DNA of 64,000 nt from Patescibacteria group bacterium (GTDB taxonomy: Bacteria; Patescibacteriota; Patescibacteriia; Buchananbacterales; UBA6539): the NCBI GenBank assembly GCA_034003985.1, contig JAVEXP010000001.1, positions 236,190 through 300,189 on the forward strand, given 5' to 3'. The translations under genes and the position numbers were made by a program. Every line of letters starts with the position of its first letter. Position 1 is the first letter of the stretch. Shown piece by piece: positions 1 to 8,003 of the stretch. The notes under the pieces are model-generated. The model had not been told where the DNA came from. It made no database searches and was given only the letters and a program-made list of their open reading frames with translations.

Positions 1-225
1 CGGTACCAAAGCTTTCTGGGCGTCTGATAGTCCAGAACAGTCTACTTGCGGTAGCGGCATGGTCGGTGGTTCAAGGCCGGTTTCGACATCCAATCCCCGG
101 CCGCAAGTACAGCGAAAGCGACCATGGTCGTCGGCGGCAAACATTTCTTTGCCACACTCAGGGCAACTTGGTCCGTGTCCGCCATGACCGCCCAGATAAC
201 GATCGGTAATATCCCAATAACTCAT
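1..225 (-). CDS. Partial small Cys-rich protein; the N-terminus is in the window and the C-terminus runs off the window start. Contains CPECG...CTCG zinc-ribbon-like spacing. Hypothetical.
   Basis: ATG is the reverse complement of 223-225, preceded by AGGAGG (complement of 231-236). Open frame to position 1. Local GC is clearly above window background. Not in the ORF track because it is truncated. Confidence 0.35.
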   Translation of the reverse strand, partial: MSYWDITDRYLGGHGGHGPSCPECGKEMFAADDHGRFRCTCGRGLDVETGLEPPTMPLPQVDCSGLSDAQKALVP

Positions 226-289
226 AGCCTGATTCCTCCTGGGGTTGAACACTAAAGTTTGACTTCCTAAAAATATTGGTTTTAATGGG

Positions 290-613
290 CTATTTTAAAT
301 TTATTAATACCAAACCGCCAATAATCACAAAAATTCCAAAAATTTGGATTGGACTGATATGCTCTTTGAAAAAGAAATATCCGACAATAGTTACCAGGAT
401 TACTGAAATGGCAATCCATAAAACATTAGTAATGGCAACTCCTTCATACCTTAGTGACCGGGCAAAGAAAAATCCGGCCAACCCAAAACAAATTACGGTT
501 GAAGCCAGCAGCCAGTTGTTTTTGGTTAGATTGTAGTATTTGGCAAACAATATTCCCACCAAATCAAAGAAATTAATGATCAGGATGTGCCAAATAAAAG
601 GGTTTAGGTTCAT
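290..613 (-). CDS. Small multidrug resistance (SMR/EmrE-like) four-TM transporter
   Basis: 107 aa with 4 hydrophobic segments. TM1 acidic residue (FFDLVGILF) and C-terminal GGLVLINL resemble the EmrE TM1 Glu and AGVLIINL motifs. Confidence 0.55.
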   Translation of the reverse strand: MNLNPFIWHILIINFFDLVGILFAKYYNLTKNNWLLASTVICFGLAGFFFARSLRYEGVAITNVLWIAISVILVTIVGYFFFKEHISPIQIFGIFVIIGGLVLINLK

Positions 614-703
614 ATTGGTTATTTATAGCCTATGATAATTTTGGTTTTTTGTAAACAAAATCTCCTCGGTAGGAGGAGATTTTGCAGTATTGAAAATTGA
701 AAT

Positions 704-1147
704 TTACCGTTTGGCCCATTGCGGCGCGCGTCGAGCGCGTTTTAAGCCGGGCTTCTTTCGTTCTTTACGTCTGGGGTCGCGCTTTAGGTAGCCGTTTGGC
801 TTCAAAGTTTGGCGCAGCTCTTTGTCAAAAACGACAATTGCGCGGGCTAAACCGTGGCGGACAGCTTCGGCCTGGCCTTTGATTCCCCCACCCTGGACTT
901 TGATGGTTAGATCAAATTCTTTGAGTTTGCCAATTGATTCTAAGGGAGCCAAGATGATATTTTGCAGTTCAAAAGTCGGGAAATACTGCTTAAAGTCTTT
1001 GTCATTAACAATAATTTTGCCTTCACCCTTTTTAAACAAGCGGACGCGGGCAATGGCTTTTTTCCGGCGACCAACAGCATATAAGTAGCTGTGTCTGATC
1101 CGTTTCTTTTTTTCTTCAGTTGTTTCTTCTTTTTTGGTTCTCGGCAT
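704..1147 (-). CDS. rpsI: 30S ribosomal protein S9
   Basis: GGGIKGQAEAVRHGLARAI, with a basic C-terminus ending in R. Confidence 0.92.
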   Translation of the reverse strand: MPRTKKEETTEEKKKRIRHSYLYAVGRRKKAIARVRLFKKGEGKIIVNDKDFKQYFPTFELQNIILAPLESIGKLKEFDLTIKVQGGGIKGQAEAVRHGLARAIVVFDKELRQTLKPNGYLKRDPRRKERKKPGLKRARRAPQWAKR

Positions 1148-1151
1148 AGCA

Positions 1152-1538
1152 CTATTTGGTTACCTTCAAGCGTTTAATTATTTGCGCTCGGGTTTTGTTT
1201 TTAGGCAGCATATTCCAGACCGCTTGAATCAAAACTTGATCCGGACTTAATTCCATTAAATCTCTCAGTTTGGTGGTTTTCAAGCCCCCGGGATAGCTGG
1301 AATGACGATAAAAAACTTTATTAGCCAGTTTGGTACCGGTATTCTTCATTTTGGCCGCATTGCTTACAATCACGATATCTCCGTTATCAATGTGTCGCTC
1401 GAAAATTGCTTTGTTTTTGCCTCGCAACAAAGTCGCGATTTGAGTAGCTAGACGACCGACCACTTTATCTGTAGCATCAAGATGGTGGGTTTGGCGGTTG
1501 ATGGCCGGGTTTTTAGTTGTTACTTTTTTGGTAGCCAT
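1152..1538 (-). CDS. rplM: 50S ribosomal protein L13
   Basis: VVGRLATQIATLLRGKNK motif; 128 aa; directly upstream of rpsI. Confidence 0.92.
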   Translation of the reverse strand: MATKKVTTKNPAINRQTHHLDATDKVVGRLATQIATLLRGKNKAIFERHIDNGDIVIVSNAAKMKNTGTKLANKVFYRHSSYPGGLKTTKLRDLMELSPDQVLIQAVWNMLPKNKTRAQIIKRLKVTK

Positions 1539-1540
1539 AA

Positions 1541-1891
1541 TTAAACAAATTCAATTTGAACCATTTCAGCACCATCGCCTTGGCGGGTACCGATTTTAAC
1601 AATTCGAGTGTAACCGCCTCGGCGTTCTTTATAGCGCGGTCCTAAAACCTCCAAAGCTTTTTTAACTGCTTTTTTGTGATACAAAACATCAAGCAATTTT
1701 CGGCGGGAAGTCAGATTATTTTCTTTGGAAACAGTAATCAATTTTTCGACCATTGGTTTGACCGCTTTGGCCTTAGCTTTGGTGGTCTTTACTTTTTCGT
1801 ATAAAATAATACTGGTGGCCAGACTGCGCAGTAACGCTTCACGGCTTTCTTTTTTGCGATCTAAAATTTTAGTTTTTTGGCGGTGGCGCAT
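1541..1891 (-). CDS. rplQ: 50S ribosomal protein L17
   Basis: GGYTRIVKIGTRQGDGAEMVQIEFV C-terminus typical of L17. Confidence 0.9.
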   Translation of the reverse strand: MRHRQKTKILDRKKESREALLRSLATSIILYEKVKTTKAKAKAVKPMVEKLITVSKENNLTSRRKLLDVLYHKKAVKKALEVLGPRYKERRGGYTRIVKIGTRQGDGAEMVQIEFV

Positions 1892-1893
1892 AA

Positions 1894-2700
1894 CTATTTA
1901 TCTTCCTTTTTTTCGGCTTTTTTAGATTTTTTTTCTTCCTTGGTTTCAACATCCTCGGCAGCTTCTTCAGTTTTGTCTTTTTTAGCCTTGACTTTCGGTT
2001 CGGCTTCACCCTGAACACTGCCGTCGATGAACTGGAAATGGTCAATCAAAATTTTATTCGCAGCCGACAAAGCTTGCTCCGGAGTGATTGATCCGTCGGT
2101 CTCAATTTCCAAAATCAGATTTTCGTAGTTGGTCATTTGGCCAACCCGAACATTTTCAATATAGAATCCAACATTTTTTACCGGCGTAAATACGGCATCA
2201 AGCAGGATAATGTCGGCCTCGGTGTTTTCTTTTTCCCGAGCTTCGGTCGGTAAATAGCCGCGGCCTTGCTCAACGATAATATCCATTTCCAACTCGGCCG
2301 ATTTGCTGGTTAGAGTGGCAATGACTTGATCGGTATTGATAACCTCAACATCACTGGTGGCTTGAATATCTTTGGCCGTAACTTTTTTTTCGCCACTGGC
2401 TTTCAGTTTTAAGCGAACCGGCTCTTCGTTGTGGACCTTGAACCGGACTTGTTTTAAATTTAAAGAAATTTCAACAACATCTTCCAAAACATTGTCGATG
2501 GTTGCAAATTCATGACTAACACCCTTAATTTTAAAAGCGGTGATAGCACCTCCGGGTAAAGAAGAAAGCAAAACTCGGCGGAGGGCGTTACCCAAAGTAG
2601 TTCCATAACCGGGATGGCAAGGCTGAATACTGACCTTGGATTGATTTTTTTCCTTGCTGGGCTTTATTTCGACTTTGTTTGGTAAAGGGATGTTTTGCAT
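1894..2700 (-). CDS. rpoA: DNA-directed RNA polymerase alpha subunit. The N-terminal assembly domain is present; the C-terminal DNA-binding domain is missing and replaced by a K/E-rich tail.
   Basis: Alpha-NTD motifs (GYGTTLGNALRRVLLSS, ILIDHFQ). The protein ends after ~225 aa of NTD with EAEPKVKAKKDKTEE...KKEDK. Sits in the canonical rpsD-rpoA-rplQ position. Confidence 0.88.
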   Translation of the reverse strand: MQNIPLPNKVEIKPSKEKNQSKVSIQPCHPGYGTTLGNALRRVLLSSLPGGAITAFKIKGVSHEFATIDNVLEDVVEISLNLKQVRFKVHNEEPVRLKLKASGEKKVTAKDIQATSDVEVINTDQVIATLTSKSAELEMDIIVEQGRGYLPTEAREKENTEADIILLDAVFTPVKNVGFYIENVRVGQMTNYENLILEIETDGSITPEQALSAANKILIDHFQFIDGSVQGEAEPKVKAKKDKTEEAAEDVETKEEKKSKKAEKKEDK

Positions 2701-2729
2701 AATTTTTACCCTCCTTAAAGTGGGATTAA

Positions 2730-3344
2730 TTATTTTGAATAAAATTCGACGATGAGTCGGGGGTTGAAAGTCTGTTCCATTTCTTGACTGGTTGGTTTAT
2801 TAACCACTTTGCCGCTGCGATTTTTGAGATCCAGGTGCAGCCAAATTGGCGTTTGGTATTTTTCCAGTCTTTTCTCCAAATCCTCGAATAATTTTGATTT
2901 AAATTTGTTGTCTTTAATGGTTATTTCGTCTTTGGGTTTGACTTGATAAGACGGGATGGTCACCCGTTTATTATTGACCAAGAAGAAACCGTGGTTGACC
3001 ATTTGGCGGGCCTGGCGTCTGGTTTTGGCAAAGCCAAGGCGGTAAATAACATTGTCGAGTCTCATCTCCAATAGTTGTTGGAGAATTTCGCCGGTATCGC
3101 CTTTTTTGGCAATCGCCTTTTTATAATAATTGGCAAACTGTTTTTCCATAATGCCGTAAGTCAGGCGGGCAATTTGTTTTTCGCGCAACTGGGTGCCGTA
3201 TTCGCTTGGCCGGCCTTGACGTTTGGGACCGTGGATTCCGGCCGGGTAGCTGCGACGGCCAATAATATTTTTTTCACCCTGACTCAAATTAACACCATAA
3301 CGGCGGGAAGCTTTAGTGATTTTCTTTTTAGGAATTTTAGCCAT
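2730..3344 (-). CDS. rpsD: 30S ribosomal protein S4
   Basis: N-terminal ...RRYGVNL... and an S4 RNA-binding domain; 204 aa. Confidence 0.92.
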   Translation of the reverse strand: MAKIPKKKITKASRRYGVNLSQGEKNIIGRRSYPAGIHGPKRQGRPSEYGTQLREKQIARLTYGIMEKQFANYYKKAIAKKGDTGEILQQLLEMRLDNVIYRLGFAKTRRQARQMVNHGFFLVNNKRVTIPSYQVKPKDEITIKDNKFKSKLFEDLEKRLEKYQTPIWLHLDLKNRSGKVVNKPTSQEMEQTFNPRLIVEFYSK

Positions 3345-3345
3345 A

Positions 3346-3798
3346 TTAAACTCGGCGTGGTTTCTTTGGACGGCAACCGTTGTGAGGAATCGGTGTAATG
3401 TCCTTAATACTTAAAACATTTATGCCATTGGCGTTGAGGGCGCGGATTGCCGCTTCGCGGCCGCCGCCAACACCTTTAACGAAAACATTAACCTCTTTGA
3501 GACCGTATGGTTTTGCCCGTTCAACAGCATTGGCAACAATAACACCGGCCGCGTAAGGAGTTGATTTTTTAGGACCTTTAAAACCGGCCTGGCCGGCGGA
3601 ACTTTGGGTTAAAGAATTGCCGGCATTATCAGTTAAAGTGATCATGGTATTGTTGTAGGTTGCTTTAACATAAGCCCGACCAGTACTAACTTGGCGTTTG
3701 GTCTTTTTTTTACCTTTAACCTTGGCGGTTGATACGGCCTCGGTTGATTTTTCAACAATTGGCTGCTCCTGATTATCTTGGGGTTTTTGTTCAGTCAT
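3346..3798 (-). CDS. rpsK: 30S ribosomal protein S11 (with N-terminal extension)
   Basis: GVGGGREAAIRALNANGINVLSIKDITPIPHNGCRPKKPRRV C-terminus. Confidence 0.92.
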   Translation of the reverse strand: MTEQKPQDNQEQPIVEKSTEAVSTAKVKGKKKTKRQVSTGRAYVKATYNNTMITLTDNAGNSLTQSSAGQAGFKGPKKSTPYAAGVIVANAVERAKPYGLKEVNVFVKGVGGGREAAIRALNANGINVLSIKDITPIPHNGCRPKKPRRV

Positions 3799-3813
3799 AT
3801 TTAAGAATGTAAG

Positions 3814-4203
3814 TTAGGTCTTTTGAGCCGGCGGTTTTTTGCCTGAACCCATGGTCCGGCGAACATTGCCGCGGACGGTTCGGTTATTGGTTTTGGTTCG
3901 CTGACCGCGCACCGGCAGATGTTTGGAGTGGCGTGAGCCGCGGTAACTGTCGATTTCTTTTAACCGCTTAACATTTAACAAAACTTCGCGTTTTAGTTCA
4001 CCTTCAACCCTGATATTTTTATCGATGAATTCGCGAAGTTGATTAATTTGGGTTTCAGTCAAGTCTTTTATTCTGACATTTGGATCAATTTTGGTTTGTG
4101 TCAAAATTTTATTGGCCGTGGTGCGACCAATACCGTAGATGTAAGTTAGAGCGATTTGCGCTCGTTTGTCTTTAGGCAGGGTAATACCCGCAATTCTAGC
4201 CAT
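3814..4203 (-). CDS. rpsM: 30S ribosomal protein S13
   Basis: [27 protein letters not shown]-terminus. Confidence 0.92.
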   Translation of the reverse strand: MARIAGITLPKDKRAQIALTYIYGIGRTTANKILTQTKIDPNVRIKDLTETQINQLREFIDKNIRVEGELKREVLLNVKRLKEIDSYRGSRHSKHLPVRGQRTKTNNRTVRGNVRRTMGSGKKPPAQKT

Positions 4204-4205
4204 AA

Positions 4206-4319
4206 TTATCCTTGTCGTTGTCGATGTCTCGGATTTTTACAAACAATGTGAACCCGTTTCTTACGACGGACCACTTTGCAGTCTTTGCAGATTTTTTTTG
4301 CCGAGGCACTGACTTTCAT
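4206..4319 (-). CDS. rpmJ: 50S ribosomal protein L36
   Basis: Minus-strand [40 protein letters not shown] (37 aa), read manually. Absent from the ORF track because it is below the size cutoff. Lies between infA and rpsM as expected. Confidence 0.85.
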   Translation of the reverse strand: MKVSASAKKICKDCKVVRRKKRVHIVCKNPRHRQRQG

Positions 4320-4323
4320 AATG

Positions 4324-4560
4324 TTAATAACGATAAGTGATTCTCCCCTTGCTTAGATCATAGGGAGTTAATTGGACTTTGACTTTATCCCCAGGCAGAA
4401 TCCTGATTTTATGCATTCTCATTTTGCCTGACAAATGGGTTAGAATTTCATGACCGTTTTCAAGTTGAACCTTGAAATTGGCGGCTGGTAAAAGTTCAAG
4501 GACTTCCCCATCAATCTCAATGAAATCCTTGCTGGGGGTGTTGTCTTGTTTTTTTGGCAT
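4324..4560 (-). CDS. infA: Translation initiation factor IF-1
   Basis: 78 aa S1-like OB fold; ...[55 protein letters not shown]. Confidence 0.92.
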   Translation of the reverse strand: MPKKQDNTPSKDFIEIDGEVLELLPAANFKVQLENGHEILTHLSGKMRMHKIRILPGDKVKVQLTPYDLSKGRITYRY

Positions 4561-4774
4561 AATTTAGAAAAAATAAAATTCTTGGCACGCTGAATTGAAG
4601 CATCTAGCCTAGAATTTTATCTAAAATACGGTAAGTTTTTGCTTTATTTACCAGTATAATTGTAGCAATTCATTATTATTTGTCAAACAATAGGATTATA
4701 TTACATTAAAAAAATGATAATGTCAAGGTTTCTCTGATAGTCATTTTTAATTTAAATTTAGCCAAAAAATTAGC

Positions 4775-4800
4775 CGCTGAACTACTTGAGTCAGCGGCAT
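4775..4800. terminator. Inverted repeat GCCGCTGA-N10-TCAGCGGC; bidirectional terminator candidate
   Basis: Perfect 8-bp stem directly downstream of the 4830..5141 minus-strand gene. A T-run follows on the minus strand (gcaatgccgctga...tcagcggctaatttttt in minus-strand reading). Confidence 0.5.
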
Positions 4801-4829
4801 TGCCGTCTTTTTGGATGATCCCTCCAGGT

Positions 4830-5141
4830 TTATTCGTCAGTGTCGCGGGGACTAAAGTCACCGCGCTCTTTGAAGTAGCCCATCATAGTATCGCACATGA
4901 TGGCCAAGCAGGTCTTTTCCAGACCGCCGTTGGGGTTGAGTTTGTCTTCAAAGACCAGCTCTTTTCCAGGTTCTTCCCATAGGTCGCGGGGAAGTTTGCT
5001 GGGATCGTCTTCAAGCACAAACATTCCGCAGTGGCAAGGGATGTTTTGGCCAAAGGTCAGGCCGTCTTTGTAACGGCAGACGCACCTTGGCTCAAATTTG
5101 CTGACTAAAAGAACCGTAAGGACCTGGACCTGGTGTGACAT
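4830..5141 (-). CDS. Hypothetical 103-aa Cys/His-rich cytoplasmic protein in a high-GC island
   Basis: ATG is preceded by AAGGAG (complement of 5151-5156). Own promoter and terminator. Six Cys plus several His (RCVCRY, PCHCGMF, CLAIMC). GC well above flanking genes. Confidence 0.55.
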   Translation of the reverse strand: MSHQVQVLTVLLVSKFEPRCVCRYKDGLTFGQNIPCHCGMFVLEDDPSKLPRDLWEEPGKELVFEDKLNPNGGLEKTCLAIMCDTMMGYFKERGDFSPRDTDE

Positions 5142-5185
5142 ATTCTGCTCCTTGTGAGTTGGGTCTGTCCATGTTTGTCGTATTT

Positions 5186-5211
5186 ATATAAGATTTTATG
5201 TAAAATGTCAA
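5186..5211 (-). promoter_or_regulatory. Sigma-70-like promoter for the 4830..5141 gene (TTGACA-17-TATAAA)
   Basis: Minus-strand reading is TTGACAttttacataaaatcttaTATAAA, about 40 nt upstream of the AAGGAG RBS. Confidence 0.5.
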
Positions 5212-5265
5212 TTGATTACCAAAAAAAATAGCTAAAATTAGGCTATTTCAATATTTATTTTAAAT

Positions 5266-7008
5266 TTATTCCAAAATCGCTTTGATTCGTCTGATGCCAG
5301 AGCTGCTGGATTCTTCTTTCTTGATTTTAAAATGACCCAACTCGCCGGTATTTTTAACATGGGGACCGCCACAGATTTCCTTACTAAAATCACCAATGCT
5401 ATAAACTTTAACGCGGTCGGCGTATTTATGTTCAAAAATTCCCATTGCTCCGTGTTGTTTGGCTTCTTCCACCGTCATCTCTTGGGTGGTAACTGGCAGT
5501 TTGTTGGTAATTTGTTCGTTAACCAGATCTTCAACCTGTTTGATTTGTTCGGAGGTCAGTTTATCGGGATGAGAAAAATCAAATCTTAGGCGTTGAGCCG
5601 TAATATTGGAACCCTTTTGATAGATATGGTCTCCCAAGATTTTTCTTAAAGATGCCAATAATAAATGAGTGGCAGTGTGAAATTTGGTGGCCTCGGTGGA
5701 ATGGTCGGCTAAACCGCCCTTGAATTTTTGTTCAGCACCAGCACGGGACAACGCTTGGTGTTTGCTGAATTCTTGGTTGAATCCGGTTTCGTCGACTGTT
5801 ATCCCCTTTTCCGCCGCCAGTTCCTTGGTCATCTCCAGGGGGAAACCATAGCTGGAAAAAAGAATAAAAGCATCATAGCCGGAGATATCGTGATTAGAAA
5901 TTTTGGAAAATTCTTTTAAGCCTTTTTCTAGAGTTTGAGTAAATTTTTCCTCCTCTTTGTTCAGTTGCTCCTCGATGAATTTTTGATTCTTGGATAGTTC
6001 GGGATAAATATCAGCATAATTATTGATAATAATTTTGGCAATCATAAAAGTAAAAGATTTATTGATGCCAATTATTTTACCGTGACGGATGGCCCGTCTA
6101 ATCAGCCGGCGCAAAACATAGCCCTGGTCCAAGTTGGACGGGGCAATCCCCTTGTGGTCACCCAGAATAAAAGTGGCGGTTCGCAAATGATCGGCAATTA
6201 TCCTAATTGATTTGATATTCTCGGCGGTTGCTAATTTGTTGATTTCGCCAATGATTGATTTAAATAGTTCCGTTTCATAAACTGATTTTTTTCCGTTTAA
6301 AATCGCCAAAGTGCGTTCCAGGCCCATGCCAGTATCAACATTTTTTTGAGTTAATTCAAGATATCGGCCTTCAGCGGTTTTATTATATTGCATAAAAACA
6401 TCGTTCCAGATTTCCACCCAGCGTTTATCGGCCGGGTCAAATCGGACCGGAGCCGGCTCAGTCGACGCCCAATAAAACATTTCGGTATCCGGACCGCATG
6501 GTCCGGTTTGTCCGGCCGGACCCCACCAGTTATCATTGCGAGGCAAAAAAGCAATCCGGTCTTGGGGAATTCCCAATGATTGCCAGATGGCTGACGCCTC
6601 TTCATCTTTGGGAATATTATTTTCAGCTTCACCGGCAAAACAAGTAACTGCCAATTTTTCAATTGGGATATTCAAAATTTTGGTCAAAAATTCAAAACTA
6701 AAATTGATCGCCTCGTTTTTAAAGTAATCCCCCAACGACCAGTTACCAAGCATCTCGAAAAAGGTAAGATGCCAGGGATCACCGACCTCGTCGATATCGC
6801 CGGTGCGAATACACTTTTGAAAATTGGTCAATCGGTTACCGCCGGGATGGGTTTCGCCCAGCAGGTAAGGCACTAACGGATGCATGCCGGCCGTAGTAAA
6901 TAAAACCGTTGGGTCATTTTCAGGAATTAAAGAAGCCGAAGGGATAATAGTGTGACCCTTTGATTGAAAGAAAGCTAAATATTTTTCTCTTAGTTCTTTT
7001 CCAGTCAT
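5266..7008 (-). CDS. alaS: Alanine--tRNA ligase, compact form: catalytic, tRNA-recognition and editing domains present, no C-terminal C-Ala domain
   Basis: N-terminal FQSKGH...FTTAGM class-II motifs. Editing-domain HxxxH (HTATHLLLASLRKILGDH) and CGGPHV motifs. The protein ends ~40 aa after the editing domain (580 aa versus ~870 typical). Confidence 0.88.
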   Translation of the reverse strand: MTGKELREKYLAFFQSKGHTIIPSASLIPENDPTVLFTTAGMHPLVPYLLGETHPGGNRLTNFQKCIRTGDIDEVGDPWHLTFFEMLGNWSLGDYFKNEAINFSFEFLTKILNIPIEKLAVTCFAGEAENNIPKDEEASAIWQSLGIPQDRIAFLPRNDNWWGPAGQTGPCGPDTEMFYWASTEPAPVRFDPADKRWVEIWNDVFMQYNKTAEGRYLELTQKNVDTGMGLERTLAILNGKKSVYETELFKSIIGEINKLATAENIKSIRIIADHLRTATFILGDHKGIAPSNLDQGYVLRRLIRRAIRHGKIIGINKSFTFMIAKIIINNYADIYPELSKNQKFIEEQLNKEEEKFTQTLEKGLKEFSKISNHDISGYDAFILFSSYGFPLEMTKELAAEKGITVDETGFNQEFSKHQALSRAGAEQKFKGGLADHSTEATKFHTATHLLLASLRKILGDHIYQKGSNITAQRLRFDFSHPDKLTSEQIKQVEDLVNEQITNKLPVTTQEMTVEEAKQHGAMGIFEHKYADRVKVYSIGDFSKEICGGPHVKNTGELGHFKIKKEESSSSGIRRIKAILE

Positions 7009-7039
7009 ATTCGGATTTTAGCAGATTAGTTTAAGTTTT

Positions 7040-7561
7040 TCAACTTAACTGAATTGCTAAAAAAAATGCGACTCGGGCGAGTCGCACCAGGGATTGCCTG
7101 GACGGGATGATTGTTCCCGGTGGTTCTTCGGACTCTGGTGAGTCGGGTTGAGCGTCAAGGGATTCCTTGATGTGGACGATATCGAATTTTTGGCACAGGA
7201 GCCGAAAGAACGATTCGTTGATTTGGTAGAAGTCGGTGGTTACCACCGTTATCGTCAGTGAATTGAGATTCAAGACGATGCCGCCGATAAACACGACTTG
7301 TTTGAGACCGTCATTGGTGCTGGCGGTTTCAAGTACGGTTAAGACATGGGTATCGGGATGAAATTCCTTGACGGCTTCATCTTTGTCGATGATGGTCAGG
7401 TACATCTCGCCTTCCGGATCGGTGACTATAACCCGGCAGTCCCGGCCTTCTTGCTTGATTACCCAATGCCGGCAGTCCCGGTCTCTTACTTCCATAGTCG
7501 AACATGAGTTGACAGTCAGCATGACGACCACGATTGCCAATGAACGAATTTGATTAAACAT
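7040..7561 (-). CDS. Hypothetical secreted protein (N-terminal signal peptide) in a high-GC island; internal RDCR repeat
   Basis: 173 aa. Hydrophobic N-terminus MFNQIRSLAIVVVMLTVNSC. Repeated ccgggactgccgg DNA segment (RDRDCRHWVIK / GRDCRVIVT). The 3' end reads through the 7066-7083 hairpin. Confidence 0.45.
   Translation of the reverse strand: MFNQIRSLAIVVVMLTVNSCSTMEVRDRDCRHWVIKQEGRDCRVIVTDPEGEMYLTIIDKDEAVKEFHPDTHVLTVLETASTNDGLKQVVFIGGIVLNLNSLTITVVTTDFYQINESFFRLLCQKFDIVHIKESLDAQPDSPESEEPPGTIIPSRQSLVRLARVAFFLAIQLS
7066..7083. terminator. Hairpin GCGACTCG-GGC-GAGTCGC flanked by A8 on the plus strand (T8 on the minus strand)
   Basis: Perfect 8-bp GC-rich stem with a T-tract on the minus strand, at the 3' end of the 7040..7561 gene and downstream of alaS. 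Confidence 0.5.
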
Positions 7562-7668
7562 TGCTTATATCCCTCCGTTTTGTTGACACCATTCCTGCCT
7601 TGATAGGATTATATTATTTATTTGTTGCCATAATGTCAAATCGGCCAAACCAAATTGGTCATGGTGTA

Positions 7669-7697
7669 TTGACATTGATCGGCATAACTGGTAAGAT
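7669..7697 (+). promoter_or_regulatory. Sigma-70-like promoter TTGACA-17-TAAGAT
   Basis: ttgacattgatcggcataactggtaagat; the only plus-strand promoter candidate upstream of the 7793 peptide gene. Confidence 0.4.
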
Positions 7698-7792
7698 TAA
7701 TTTTGTGATTGATAACTAATAATTAATGTTCTGGTTATCTTTTTTTTAAGCGGAATTACCGCTTTTTGCCAGAGCAAGAGGAGAAGATCTAC

Positions 7793-7921
7793 ATGATTTT
7801 CGATGAACCAATGATGGATGCTCCAGAAGAAGGTGGCGAAGAAGCCGCTACCCCAGAAGAAGGTACTTCAACTGAAGGTGGCGAAGAAGCCGCTGAAGGT
7901 ACGGAAGAAGGAGCCATGTAA
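7793..7921 (+). CDS. 42-aa highly acidic repeat peptide (MIFDEPMMDAPEEGGEEAATPEEGTSTEGGEEAAEGTEEGAM)
   Basis: ATG is preceded by GAGGAGAAG 8 nt upstream. Internal PEEGGEEAA-like repeat. Followed by a rho-independent terminator. Found by manual reading; the ORF-track 7818..8057 ORF is the same repeat in another frame. Confidence 0.45.
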   Translation: MIFDEPMMDAPEEGGEEAATPEEGTSTEGGEEAAEGTEEGAM

Positions 7922-7972
7922 GAAGTCTTTCTTGCTAGTTTCTAGGAAAGATTCAAAGACTCAAATACAAAA

Positions 7973-7997
7973 CACCCTTGAAAAAGGGTGTTTTGTT
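7973..7997. terminator. Bidirectional rho-independent terminator CACCCTT-gaaaa-AGGGTG + TTTTGTT
   Basis: Perfect 7-bp stem with T-run on the plus strand and A/T-run on the minus strand. Lies between the acidic-peptide gene and the clpB 3' end. Confidence 0.6.
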
Positions 7998-8003
7998 AAT
8001 ATC

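Noticed and set aside
5238-5435. 65-aa minus-strand ORF starting inside the alaS 3' region (also 5332..5589, 5728..5919, 6351..6727 ORFs)
   Set aside because: Alternative frames within or overlapping alaS, with no independent signals.
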